A DNA stretch of 64,000 nt. It comes from an uncultured Verrucomicrobiales bacterium. GTDB taxonomy: Bacteria; Verrucomicrobiota; Verrucomicrobiia; Limisphaerales; JAYPXF01. Positions 1 to 8,286 of this stretch are shown one piece after another. Position 1 is the first letter of the stretch; each line of letters opens with the position of its first letter. The stretch spans positions 1,363-65,362 of the forward strand of contig CALBIE010000391.1 in assembly GCA_937893495.1 (NCBI GenBank), written 5' to 3'. The translations under genes and the position numbers were made by a program. The notes below the pieces were generated by a model. It ran no database searches. It had not been told where the DNA came from and saw nothing but the letters and a program-made list of their open reading frames with translations.

Positions 1-1218
1 GTCAAAATCCAACGCCCAGAAATTGCCGGTGATGTAGTCGCCAAACAAATAGCTGCCGTTGATCTGGGGCAGTCTGGTTCCGCGATACACGATACCGCCA
101 ACGATGGCTTTTCCAACGAACGGACCGGTCGTGCCCCACGGATGTTCGTGTATGGGTTCAATCGGATTGAATCCGGCGGGGGGATTACCGGCCAGCGGAT
201 GCGCAATCGTTCCTTCGCGGAACGACCAACCGTAATTGCCGCCCCGGATGATGAAATTGATCTCCTCGCGGGAAGTGTCCCCGGTGTCGCTGGCAAAGAT
301 CCAACCTGTCGGAGCGTCAATGTGAAACCGCCACGGATTGCGCAGACCGACTGCCCAGAACTCGGTTCGCACATTGGTGGCGTTGACCGGAAGGCCGTTG
401 AAACTCGTCGCGCCGACGAACGGATTGTCCGGCGGAATAGCGTAGTTCGTTGAAGAAGCCGGATGCGGATTCGGGGAAAGACTTCCCGGCCGTTTGTCCA
501 CATCGATTCGAAGAATGCCAGAAAAGAAATCGCGATCGATTCGTTGACTGTTCCCGAGCGCATCGGCCTGACCGCCTTCGTCACCGAGCGAGACATACAA
601 ATAACCATCGGGGCCGAATTGCAGATCCCCGCCATTATGATTGCCGGCGTCATCAAGCTGATTGATAAAAATGACCTCGGAGTTTGCGTCGGCAAGATTT
701 GGATCGGTGGACGAAATCTTGAATCTTGATAAACGATCGTGGCGAGAAATCGAGGGAGCGCTTGGGTTGGTGTAGGTCGTGTAGAAGACGAAGAAATATC
801 CATTGGTCGCGAACCCCGGATGAAACTCCAATCCGAGCAAACCTTCTTCGCCGTTGATGGTGGAACTGACTATGCCGGACAAATCGAGAAAAGTCGTTTT
901 CGTCGCGGCAGTCAGGTTGGTGAGGACGATGATGCGTCCCTTTTGTTCGACCACGAAGAGACGATTGGTCTCCGAAGGAGGCGATTCCACTCCGATGGGC
1001 AGGGAAAACGAGAGCGAAGGAAAAGCGTTGGTGCTCGTGAGTCCGAGAATCTGCGGATAGGCTGGCAGATTAAGCGTCGTATTATTCGTCCGAACGACCG
1101 GTCCAGCCAGGCACGGACTCCCCGGGGCACAGGACAGAAGCAGAAAAAGTGCGGCCGCAATTGATTGGCCGACACGACGCGGATCACCTGACCGCGAAAG
1201 AATGGCGGTTGTTGCAAT
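1..1218 (-). CDS. PQQ-dependent sugar dehydrogenase (soluble glucose/sorbosone dehydrogenase family), partial: C-terminus lies beyond window start; start codon unresolved
   Basis: Own translation of the minus-strand frame open from nt 1248 down to nt 1. It is absent from the ORF track because it has no stop inside the window. It reads RRVGQSIAAALFLLLSCAPG (lipoprotein-like signal) ... LFVVEQKGRIIVLTN ... GEEGLLGLEFHPGFATNGYFFVFYT ... NHNGGDLQFGPDGYLYVSLGDEGG ... FWAVGLRNPWRFHID ... INFIIRGGNYGWSFREG ... GGIVYRGTRLP..GSYLFGDY. No ATG/GTG/TTG lies in frame between the upstream stop (1249-1251) and the signal peptide; 1218 is an in-frame ATT. Confidence 0.75.
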   Translation of the reverse strand, partial: MATTAILSRSGDPRRVGQSIAAALFLLLSCAPGSPCLAGPVVRTNNTTLNLPAYPQILGLTSTNAFPSLSFSLPIGVESPPSETNRLFVVEQKGRIIVLTNLTAATKTTFLDLSGIVSSTINGEEGLLGLEFHPGFATNGYFFVFYTTYTNPSAPSISRHDRLSRFKISSTDPNLADANSEVIFINQLDDAGNHNGGDLQFGPDGYLYVSLGDEGGQADALGNSQRIDRDFFSGILRIDVDKRPGSLSPNPHPASSTNYAIPPDNPFVGATSFNGLPVNATNVRTEFWAVGLRNPWRFHIDAPTGWIFASDTGDTSREEINFIIRGGNYGWSFREGTIAHPLAGNPPAGFNPIEPIHEHPWGTTGPFVGKAIVGGIVYRGTRLPQINGSYLFGDYITGNFWALDFD

Positions 1219-1316
1219 CGACGGAAAATTCCTGAATGGACCGATGACTCAATGTGCGGAGTGAAAGGTGTTTTGTCAAAAAGCCAGTGACGGGAACTAC
1301 AGGGTCTCTCGCGGTT

Positions 1317-2618
1317 TCACCTGCTTCGTCGATAGGCTTCAGCCAGCAAAGTGACCGGATGGACGACGCGCAAGTGGATGCCTTCGTTCTTCGCCCCGTT
1401 GACAATCTGCAGCAGGCATCCCGGATTTCCCGTAGCAACAACGTTGGCGCCCGTGGATTTGATATGGCCCATCTTGCGCTCAAGTAACTCGTTGGCCATC
1501 TCCGGTTGAGTAATGTTGTAAACCCCCGCGCTGCCGCAGCACCAATTGCTCTCCGGCAGTTCGGTCAGGCTGAGGTTGGGAATCAACGTGAGAAGTTCGC
1601 GTGGTTGGCTGGTGACCTTCTGGCCGTGAGTAAGGTGGCAGGACTCGTGATAGGTGACGTTCAGGTCAGGTTGGTTGCTCTCGGGAATCTGCACTCCGAT
1701 GTCCGTCAGCCATTCGTGAATGTCCTTCACCTTGTGGTCCCATTCGTGAGCGAGCGACTCATAGTGAGGATCGTCTTTGAGTAGTGCCGCGTAGTGCTTA
1801 AGATGCGAGCCGCATCCCCCGGCGTTGGTGATGATGGCGTCGTAATTGGAGGGAGGAAACTGGTCGATGTTGCGCCGGGCAAGTTGCTGGGCGAGTTCCC
1901 ATTCTCCGTTGTGCCCGTGGAGCGAACCGCAGCAATGCTGCTCGGGTGGCGTGTGAACTTCGCAGCCGTTGTGAGCCAGTACATCGACCGTGTCCTTGTT
2001 GACGTCGCTGAAAATAAGATCCTGCGCGCAACCGACCAGCATGGCGACCCGATATCGTTTTGTTCCGGCAGCGGGCGTAATTTCGGAAATGAGTTCCGCA
2101 GAAAATTCGGGTTGAATATCCGGCGTCATGGCCTCCATTTCGCGCAGACGCCTGGGCATGAGATTCATGATGCCGCTATTGCGAATAAGCGCCTGGATAC
2201 CGAGCGCCTGATAGAGTCGCATGGCAACCCCCAGAACATGCAAGCGGCGCAAATCCATAAACAGCCAGCCGATGGTAAACTTGCGAATGACACTGCGTTG
2301 GGGATTATTCAGAACACCCTTCTGCTCTACTTCAGCGCGGGCATGCTCAAAAAGCTCAGCGTAATTCACGCCGGCCGGACAGGCGGTCATGCACGCGAGG
2401 CAACCGAGACAGAAATACATTTCCTCACCAAAAGTACGGGTGGCCTCAAGATCATCATCGGCGATTGCGCGCATCAGGGCGATTCGTCCGCGCGGACTCG
2501 AACGTTCGAGTTTGGTGGCGTCATAAGTCGGGCAAGTGGGCAGGCACAGGCCGCAGTGCATGCATTGCTGCACCACCGAATAATCCAAATCCTTCAAGTG
2601 CGAGACCGCTTGGCTCAT
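1317..2618 (-). CDS. (Fe-S)-binding oxidoreductase subunit, GlcF-like (glycolate oxidase iron-sulfur subunit family)
   Basis: 433-aa ORF with two CxxCxxCxxxCP ferredoxin motifs (CMHCGLCLPTCP, CLGCLACMTACP) followed by two CCG-type cysteine-rich segments (HCCGSLHG, WCCGSAGVY). No glcD/glcE partner is visible in the window. Confidence 0.85.
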   Translation of the reverse strand: MSQAVSHLKDLDYSVVQQCMHCGLCLPTCPTYDATKLERSSPRGRIALMRAIADDDLEATRTFGEEMYFCLGCLACMTACPAGVNYAELFEHARAEVEQKGVLNNPQRSVIRKFTIGWLFMDLRRLHVLGVAMRLYQALGIQALIRNSGIMNLMPRRLREMEAMTPDIQPEFSAELISEITPAAGTKRYRVAMLVGCAQDLIFSDVNKDTVDVLAHNGCEVHTPPEQHCCGSLHGHNGEWELAQQLARRNIDQFPPSNYDAIITNAGGCGSHLKHYAALLKDDPHYESLAHEWDHKVKDIHEWLTDIGVQIPESNQPDLNVTYHESCHLTHGQKVTSQPRELLTLIPNLSLTELPESNWCCGSAGVYNITQPEMANELLERKMGHIKSTGANVVATGNPGCLLQIVNGAKNEGIHLRVVHPVTLLAEAYRRSR

Positions 2619-2741
2619 GTGGCGAGGGTTCTACCCGCGCAGACGGCGATTGGCACGAAAAGAATCTCGCAGGCGATCGATGCCAATTCGATGGAAAGCG
2701 AAAAGCCGTCAAATTTTCTGGTTGTCCATCGCACCACCCGC

Positions 2742-3287
2742 TTACCCAGCCGCCGGCCAGAGCCAACCGAACACGGCTCCGACGATGGCCGCATAAGCAA
2801 TGGACTCGATGACATGCCCCACGATACGGCTGTGAAACCAAATCGCATGCTGGACGATGGCCGACAGAAACGCGATTAATCCGGCCGTCGAGAAGAAGCG
2901 GAACACCGCGCGGAATTCGGCACCCCGTTCCAGCGCCAGCGTGGACAGATAGGCGAGGAGAAAACTGACCACGAGAAAATAGACAAACGTCAATCCAAGA
3001 TTGCGCCCCATGTTGACTTTTGGATAGACGGTCATGACGCCACACGGTCCGGCTTCCCATTTCTTCTTGTAATCCTCGCTCTGCATTTCCTTCGGGTCGT
3101 TGCAGCCCGGGAACATGTAACTGCCGGTGGGAATATTCAGTTCGGCCGTGGACTTCAGGAAGTCGTCCTCCTGCGCAAGTTTTTTCCAATCATCACGGTG
3201 CAATTGCAGCACCATCCACGAAAGGAAGCTGGCGAAAAAGAGAGCGATGGCCGATACAACGACGGGAAGAATCAGGCTTGATAACAT
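2742..3287 (-). CDS. hypothetical integral membrane protein
   Basis: 181-aa ORF with several hydrophobic helices (LILPVVVSAIALFFASFLSWMVL, LGLTFVYFLVVSFLLAYLSTLAL, FRFFSTAGLIAFLSAIV, IESIAYAAIVGAVFGWLW). No recognisable catalytic motif. Confidence 0.7.
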   Translation of the reverse strand: MLSSLILPVVVSAIALFFASFLSWMVLQLHRDDWKKLAQEDDFLKSTAELNIPTGSYMFPGCNDPKEMQSEDYKKKWEAGPCGVMTVYPKVNMGRNLGLTFVYFLVVSFLLAYLSTLALERGAEFRAVFRFFSTAGLIAFLSAIVQHAIWFHSRIVGHVIESIAYAAIVGAVFGWLWPAAG

Positions 3288-3551
3288 AGGTTAGCAGGGG
3301 TTGAGGGTCGCGAGTCAATTGGGATTGATTCTTGAAGTAATCGACTCGATTGCCAGCAAAAATTTATGCTGATCAGATTGTAGTTTCGCAATCGACCCAC
3401 CTCGGTTACTTACCAATAAAGGCTGTTGTTGGCAGCATCGCAGAGTTGCCGGATTAGTCTCGCTGGCGTGACCGGCAAGATGGACCGGCGGACTTTAATC
3501 TTCGCGATCTGGATTTTCTGCGAGGATTCTGCTTATAGTTACTTTCGGAAT

Positions 3552-6500
3552 ATGAGAACCCGAATCGCAATGCTCCTTTTTGCCCTGTTGGGCGGGTTCT
3601 CCTTTCATGCTGTCGCAGCGGAGTTCGCCGATACCCCGCGTTACGGTCGCGATATTCGACCCATTCTGGCGGACAAATGTTTTCGCTGCCACGGACCGGA
3701 CGCGGCTTCACGAAAGGCGGAACTACGGCTCGACCGTCGGGAAGATGCCATCGCTCTGCGGGACGGACTTCGTGCCGTTTCGCCAGGCGACTCCGGCAGC
3801 AGCGAGTTACTCCATCGAATCACTCACAAGGACGAAGACGATCGCATGCCGCCACCGGACTCGGGTCTGGTTTTGAATTCGACGGAGATAGCGACGTTAC
3901 GCCAGTGGATCATTCAGGGAGCCCGTTATGAAAAGCACTGGTCACTGACGGTGCCGATTCGTCCGCCGTTACCGCTGGTCAAAAACGCAACCTGGCTGAG
4001 GAACGGCATCGACACTTTCATCCTGTCGCGATTGGAGAGGGAAAAAATCGGCGGACCTTCTCCCGTGGCAACGAAGGAAACGCTCATTCGTCGTCTCTCC
4101 CTCGATCTGACGGGATTGCCGCCGACCATTGAAGAGATTGACGCGTATCTCGGTGACCATTCATCCGGAGCCTACGAACGCGTGGTGGATCGCCTCCTGA
4201 ACTCGCCGCGCTTCGGGGAAAAGATGGCTGGACCCTGGCTGGATGCGGCCCGGTTTGCTGACTCCAACGGATACTTTACCGACATGGAGCGTACGATGTG
4301 GCCCTGGCGCGAATGGGTCATTCGAGCGTTCAACGACAACATGCCGTTCGACCAGTTCACCATTGAGCAACTCGCGGGAGATTTGCTTCCGGGCGCAACG
4401 TTGCAGCAGAAGATCGCCACTGGTTTCAATCGCAATCACATGGTAAACAATGAAACGGGAATCATTGCGGACGAGTTTCGAGTGGAGTATGTCGCTGATC
4501 GCGTAAAAACCACATCGACCGTCTGGATGGGATTGACCCTGGAATGCGCCCGTTGTCACGATCACAAATACGATCCGATTTCACAGGAGGATTACTACCG
4601 GTTCTTCGCGTTCTTCAACAATGTGCCGGAGAAAGGGCTGGATGGCGGACGAGGGAACGCGGCCCCCGTTCTCAACGTTGCTACCGCCGCGCAGACTGCA
4701 AGGTTGAAATCACTGGAGAAAAAGATCCAACTGGCCGAGCAGGAATTCAAATCGACGGAGGAACAGTTGCGCATTGCCCAGACGAAGTGGGAAGAGACCT
4801 GCCTGTCGAATTTGCCAAAGGCGACTGACGACGGACTCATCGCCCACTATGCGTTTGAAGGTGATCTCGTCGATTCGACCGGTGGTGGACGTGACGGCGC
4901 GAAGCAAGGGGAGGTCGGATTCAAGCCAGGCTATCTGGGAAACGCTGTGGAGCTGAGTGGCGGTTCAGCGATCGAGGTGGATGCCAATCTGCCGATTGGC
5001 AATGGGGAAGCCTTCTCGGCGGGTGCCTGGATTTATTCGACGGGTGGTGGCACGGCTTGCGTGATTTCGAAGATTGATGACGCCCATGGCCTGCGCGGAT
5101 TCGATCTGGTTCTGCGGAAAGGGAAGGCCGTGGTTCACCTGATTCACCAATGGAACGGGAACGCGATCGAAGTGGCGACTGTCGAATCGGTTTCGGGAAG
5201 ACAATGGCAACACCTCATGTTCACCTATGATGGATCGGGGCACGCCGCCGGCGTCTCAATTTATTTGAATGGGGACCGCCAGGCGCTGGAAATTCGACGC
5301 GATGCGTTGACGGGTTCGTTTGCCACAGCCGAACCTCTTCGAATCGGCCGTCGGCAAGCCAGCGCGTCGTTTCAAGGGCGGATCGATGACGCTCGAATTT
5401 ACCATCGCGCCTTGGGGGAAACGGAAGTGCGAAATCTCGCAAGTGGTCAGTTCCTGCGGGGCGCAATGGCGGTGTCGTCAGACAAGCGTGACAAGTTCTT
5501 GCAGCAGAAATTGCGAGACTACTTTGTCTCACAGCACGCGGAGAACATACAGCGACAAGCAGTCGCGGAACTGGCGCGACTTAAAGGAGAGGCAGCGGAT
5601 TATAAGGCCTCGTTGCCGATAATGATGGTCATGGCGGAAGAGCAAAAACCGCGGTCCTCATTCGTGCTCGAACGTGGCGAATACAATCGCCGGGGCAAGC
5701 TGGTTGAACCGGGTGTTCCCGCGAGTCTGTCGCCCCTGCCGGCCAACGAGCCGCCGAATCGCCTTGGTCTGGCCAGGTGGTTGATGGCTCCGGAGAATCC
5801 GCTGACCGCCCGGGTCATTGTTAATCGATACTGGAGCGAGATTTTCGGGCGCGGCATCGTCGCCACTTCGGAAGACTTCGGCAGTCAGGGTGACTGGCCG
5901 GAACATCCCGAGTTGCTGGACTGGCTGGCTTGCGAGTTTCGGGAGAACGGATGGAACGTCAAAGGATTGCTTCGACTCATCGTCACGTCGGCGATTTACC
6001 GGCAGACTTCGCGGTCCAATTCCGAACGCATCGCACTGGATCCGGACAACCGATTTCTGGCGCGCGGTCCGCGATTTCGGATGACCGCCGAAACCCTCCG
6101 GGACAACGCCCTTCGTCTCAGTGGTCTGTTGGCGGAAGTGATGGGAGGGCCGAGTGTGAAGCCGTATCAACCGGATGGCCTCTGGCGGGAGATGACCTAT
6201 GACAGCGGTCTCTCCTATCAACCCGATCTGGGAGCGTCACTCTACCGGCGCAGCCTTTACACCTATTGGAAACGTCAGTCGCCGCCACCGAACATGTTGC
6301 TCTTTGATGCACCCACCCGGGAAACGTGCACCGTGGCGCGCACCCGCACGAACACGCCACTACAGGCCCTCGCGCTGATGAACGATCCGACCTTTGTGGA
6401 AGCCGCTCGAAATCTGGCGGGACGAATGATGCGAGAGGCAGGTTCACAGGCTGCGGCCCGCATCCGGCATGGTTTTCGTATTGCCACGGGGCGACATCCT

Positions 6501-6701
6501 TCGGCTGACGAACTTGGTATTCTTGAGCGAATCCACGAGAAGCAATTACCTGCGTATCGAGCCAACCCGCAAGCCGCGCACGATTTGTTGAACGTGGGAA
6601 GTACCTCGTGCGATCCGAGTCTGGATACGGTTGAACTGGCTGCCTTGACGGCAGTCGCAAACCTGATTCTCAGTCTCGACGAAACGATCACGAAATTATG
6701 A
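3552..6701 (+). CDS. PSCyt/DUF1549/DUF1553 family protein with central LamG (concanavalin-like) insert
   Basis: Signal peptide after the Met at 3552 (MRTRIAMLLFALLGGFSFHAVAA). CxxCH motif CFRCHGPD (planctomycete cytochrome c-type domain). DUF1549-like segment (RRLSLDLTGLPPTIEEID). LamG-like insert (LIAHYAFEGDL...GRIDDARIYHRALGETEV). DUF1553-like C-terminus (ARVIVNRYWSEIFGRGIVATSEDFGSQGDWPEHPELLDWLA). The ORF-track TTG start at 3426 is judged an upstream extension. Confidence 0.9.
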   Translation: MRTRIAMLLFALLGGFSFHAVAAEFADTPRYGRDIRPILADKCFRCHGPDAASRKAELRLDRREDAIALRDGLRAVSPGDSGSSELLHRITHKDEDDRMPPPDSGLVLNSTEIATLRQWIIQGARYEKHWSLTVPIRPPLPLVKNATWLRNGIDTFILSRLEREKIGGPSPVATKETLIRRLSLDLTGLPPTIEEIDAYLGDHSSGAYERVVDRLLNSPRFGEKMAGPWLDAARFADSNGYFTDMERTMWPWREWVIRAFNDNMPFDQFTIEQLAGDLLPGATLQQKIATGFNRNHMVNNETGIIADEFRVEYVADRVKTTSTVWMGLTLECARCHDHKYDPISQEDYYRFFAFFNNVPEKGLDGGRGNAAPVLNVATAAQTARLKSLEKKIQLAEQEFKSTEEQLRIAQTKWEETCLSNLPKATDDGLIAHYAFEGDLVDSTGGGRDGAKQGEVGFKPGYLGNAVELSGGSAIEVDANLPIGNGEAFSAGAWIYSTGGGTACVISKIDDAHGLRGFDLVLRKGKAVVHLIHQWNGNAIEVATVESVSGRQWQHLMFTYDGSGHAAGVSIYLNGDRQALEIRRDALTGSFATAEPLRIGRRQASASFQGRIDDARIYHRALGETEVRNLASGQFLRGAMAVSSDKRDKFLQQKLRDYFVSQHAENIQRQAVAELARLKGEAADYKASLPIMMVMAEEQKPRSSFVLERGEYNRRGKLVEPGVPASLSPLPANEPPNRLGLARWLMAPENPLTARVIVNRYWSEIFGRGIVATSEDFGSQGDWPEHPELLDWLACEFRENGWNVKGLLRLIVTSAIYRQTSRSNSERIALDPDNRFLARGPRFRMTAETLRDNALRLSGLLAEVMGGPSVKPYQPDGLWREMTYDSGLSYQPDLGASLYRRSLYTYWKRQSPPPNMLLFDAPTRETCTVARTRTNTPLQALALMNDPTFVEAARNLAGRMMREAGSQAAARIRHGFRIATGRHPSADELGILERIHEKQLPAYRANPQAAHDLLNVGSTSCDPSLDTVELAALTAVANLILSLDETITKL

Positions 6702-8134
6702 ACATGCTGTCGCGACATGAATGGCGGGGAACCCGGAGGCAATTTCTCGGCCAGGGCGCCGGACTGGGCGTGGCGGCGCTCGCTTCGCTCATCAATCCGG
6801 GAGTCTTCGCCAATAGCGCGGCGGGCAGTGGTTCGGTCGTTCTGCCGCGCGCAAAAAGGATCATCTACCTGTTCATGCATGGTGGTCCGCCGCAGATGGA
6901 GTTGTTCGATCACAAACCGGGCCTGGATCAGAAGCGCGGAAGCGAATTGCCCGCCTCCGTGCGTGGCCGTCAACGCTTGACGGGGATGACGTCCGGTCAA
7001 AAAAACTTTCCCGTGGTTCCATCCAGCTTTCGCTTCGAACGGCATGGCCAATCCGGTGCCAGTATCAGTGAACTGATGCCCGGCCTGGCGGGCGTCGCTG
7101 ATGATCTCTGCTTCATCAAGTCCATGCACACCGAGGCGATCAATCACGATCCCGCCGTGACCTATTTGCAGACTGGCCATCAACAACCCGGCCGACCGAG
7201 CTTCGGTGCCTGGGCAAGCTATGGCTTGGGCAGCGAGAATCAGGATCTACCCGCGTTTGTGGTTCTTCTTTCCAATGGCAGCGCTTCGCGGCCGACCGAT
7301 CCGCTTCATGCGCGCCTATGGGGTTCCGGGTTTCTGCCTTCCAATCATCAGGGCGTTAAATTTCGATCCGGGAACGAGCCGGTACTCTACTTGTCGAATC
7401 CGCCCGGGATCGATGCCGCCAGCCGCCGCCGAATGATTGAAGGGCTGTCTGCTTTGAACCGAAAACATTTTCAGTCGTTCGGCGATCCGGAGATCATCAC
7501 GCGAACGTCACAGTTCGAATTGGCTTCGCGAATGCAGATGTCCGTGCCCGAGTTGACTGATTTATCGAAAGAATCTGACGACGTCTTCAATCTTTACGGG
7601 CCGGACGCAAAGAAGCCCGGTTCCTTTGCCCGGAACTGCATCCTCGCGCGCCGTCTCGCCGAACGCGGCGTGCGGTTCATCCAGCTTTACCATCGCGGTT
7701 GGGATCAGCACTACAATCTCCCCACCGACCTGCGACTCCAATGCCGCGATGTCGATCAACCCTGCGCCGCCCTCGTGCGCGATTTGAAACGACGTGGTCT
7801 GTTGGAAGACACGCTGATCGTCTGGGCGGGAGAGTTCGGACGAACGATTTACAGCCAGGGCAATCTGGAATCCAACAACTACGGTCGCGATCATCACGGC
7901 GGTTGTTTCACCATCTGGCTCGCCGGTGGCGGCATCAAACCGGGGATATCCTACGGCCTGACCGATGAATACTCGTTCAACGTCGCCGAGAATGGCGTGC
8001 ATGTGCATGACCTGAACGCGACGCTTCTCAACCGCCTGGGAATCGACCACGAAAAATTGACATTCAAGTACCAGGGCCGCAACTATCGCCTGACCGATGT
8101 GCACGGTAGTGTTGTGGACGGCTTGCTCGTGTGA
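6698..8134 (+). CDS. DUF1501 family (sulfatase-fold) protein with Tat-type signal
   Basis: 478-aa ORF with a twin-arginine leader (RRQFLGQGAGLGVAALA) and DUF1501 hallmarks (HGGPPQMELFDHKP, GEFGRT, GRDHH). ATG 6698 overlaps the TGA (6699-6701) of the upstream gene as ATGA, the classic DUF1553/DUF1501 pairing. Confidence 0.9.
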   Translation: MNMLSRHEWRGTRRQFLGQGAGLGVAALASLINPGVFANSAAGSGSVVLPRAKRIIYLFMHGGPPQMELFDHKPGLDQKRGSELPASVRGRQRLTGMTSGQKNFPVVPSSFRFERHGQSGASISELMPGLAGVADDLCFIKSMHTEAINHDPAVTYLQTGHQQPGRPSFGAWASYGLGSENQDLPAFVVLLSNGSASRPTDPLHARLWGSGFLPSNHQGVKFRSGNEPVLYLSNPPGIDAASRRRMIEGLSALNRKHFQSFGDPEIITRTSQFELASRMQMSVPELTDLSKESDDVFNLYGPDAKKPGSFARNCILARRLAERGVRFIQLYHRGWDQHYNLPTDLRLQCRDVDQPCAALVRDLKRRGLLEDTLIVWAGEFGRTIYSQGNLESNNYGRDHHGGCFTIWLAGGGIKPGISYGLTDEYSFNVAENGVHVHDLNATLLNRLGIDHEKLTFKYQGRNYRLTDVHGSVVDGLLV

Positions 8135-8286
8135 GGCGAGGCGCGTCAGGTTGCTTTCGAATGGCGTTGCCCCGCGCGGCGGTTGGAGTTGGAATAAAAT
8201 CTCCTTTCGATGGATTGGGGATTTGCTGTAAAAGGATGACGTTCGTTCACGGAAACAGAGCTTGAGTCACTCGGACGCTTTTTATC

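Noticed and set aside
1794-2879. 361-aa + strand ORF antisense to the GlcF-like gene. The same kind of long antisense ORFs occurs at 6275..7186(-), 8146..9024(-), 9562..10776(-), 16530..17306(-), 22201..23556(-), 37384..38703(-), 41489..42490(+), 42605..44008(+), 54260..55090(-), 55392..56303(-), 57516..58403(-), 59285..60703(+) and 62891..63628(-).
   Set aside because: Each lies fully inside, and opposite to, a gene with clear family motifs. Their translations are Arg/Ala/Gly/Pro-rich with no motifs. These are the typical shadow ORFs of high-GC DNA.
3339-3351. 13-bp palindrome AATCGAcTCGATT in the divergent promoter region between the membrane-protein gene and the PSCyt gene.
   Set aside because: It is a single short palindrome with no second copy or known regulator nearby, so it cannot be distinguished from chance.
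3426-3551. Upstream extensions of ORF-track starts. Examples: 3426 for the PSCyt gene, 13184 for the sigma gene, 22426 for the ZnRibbon gene, 27789 for the last mosaic gene, 48625 for fic, 55431 for the PHP-like gene and 62386 for the sigma2 ORF.
   Set aside because: The extensions overlap upstream genes or repeat elements, or lack protein-like sequence. Internal Met codons give proper signal peptides or conserved N-termini.
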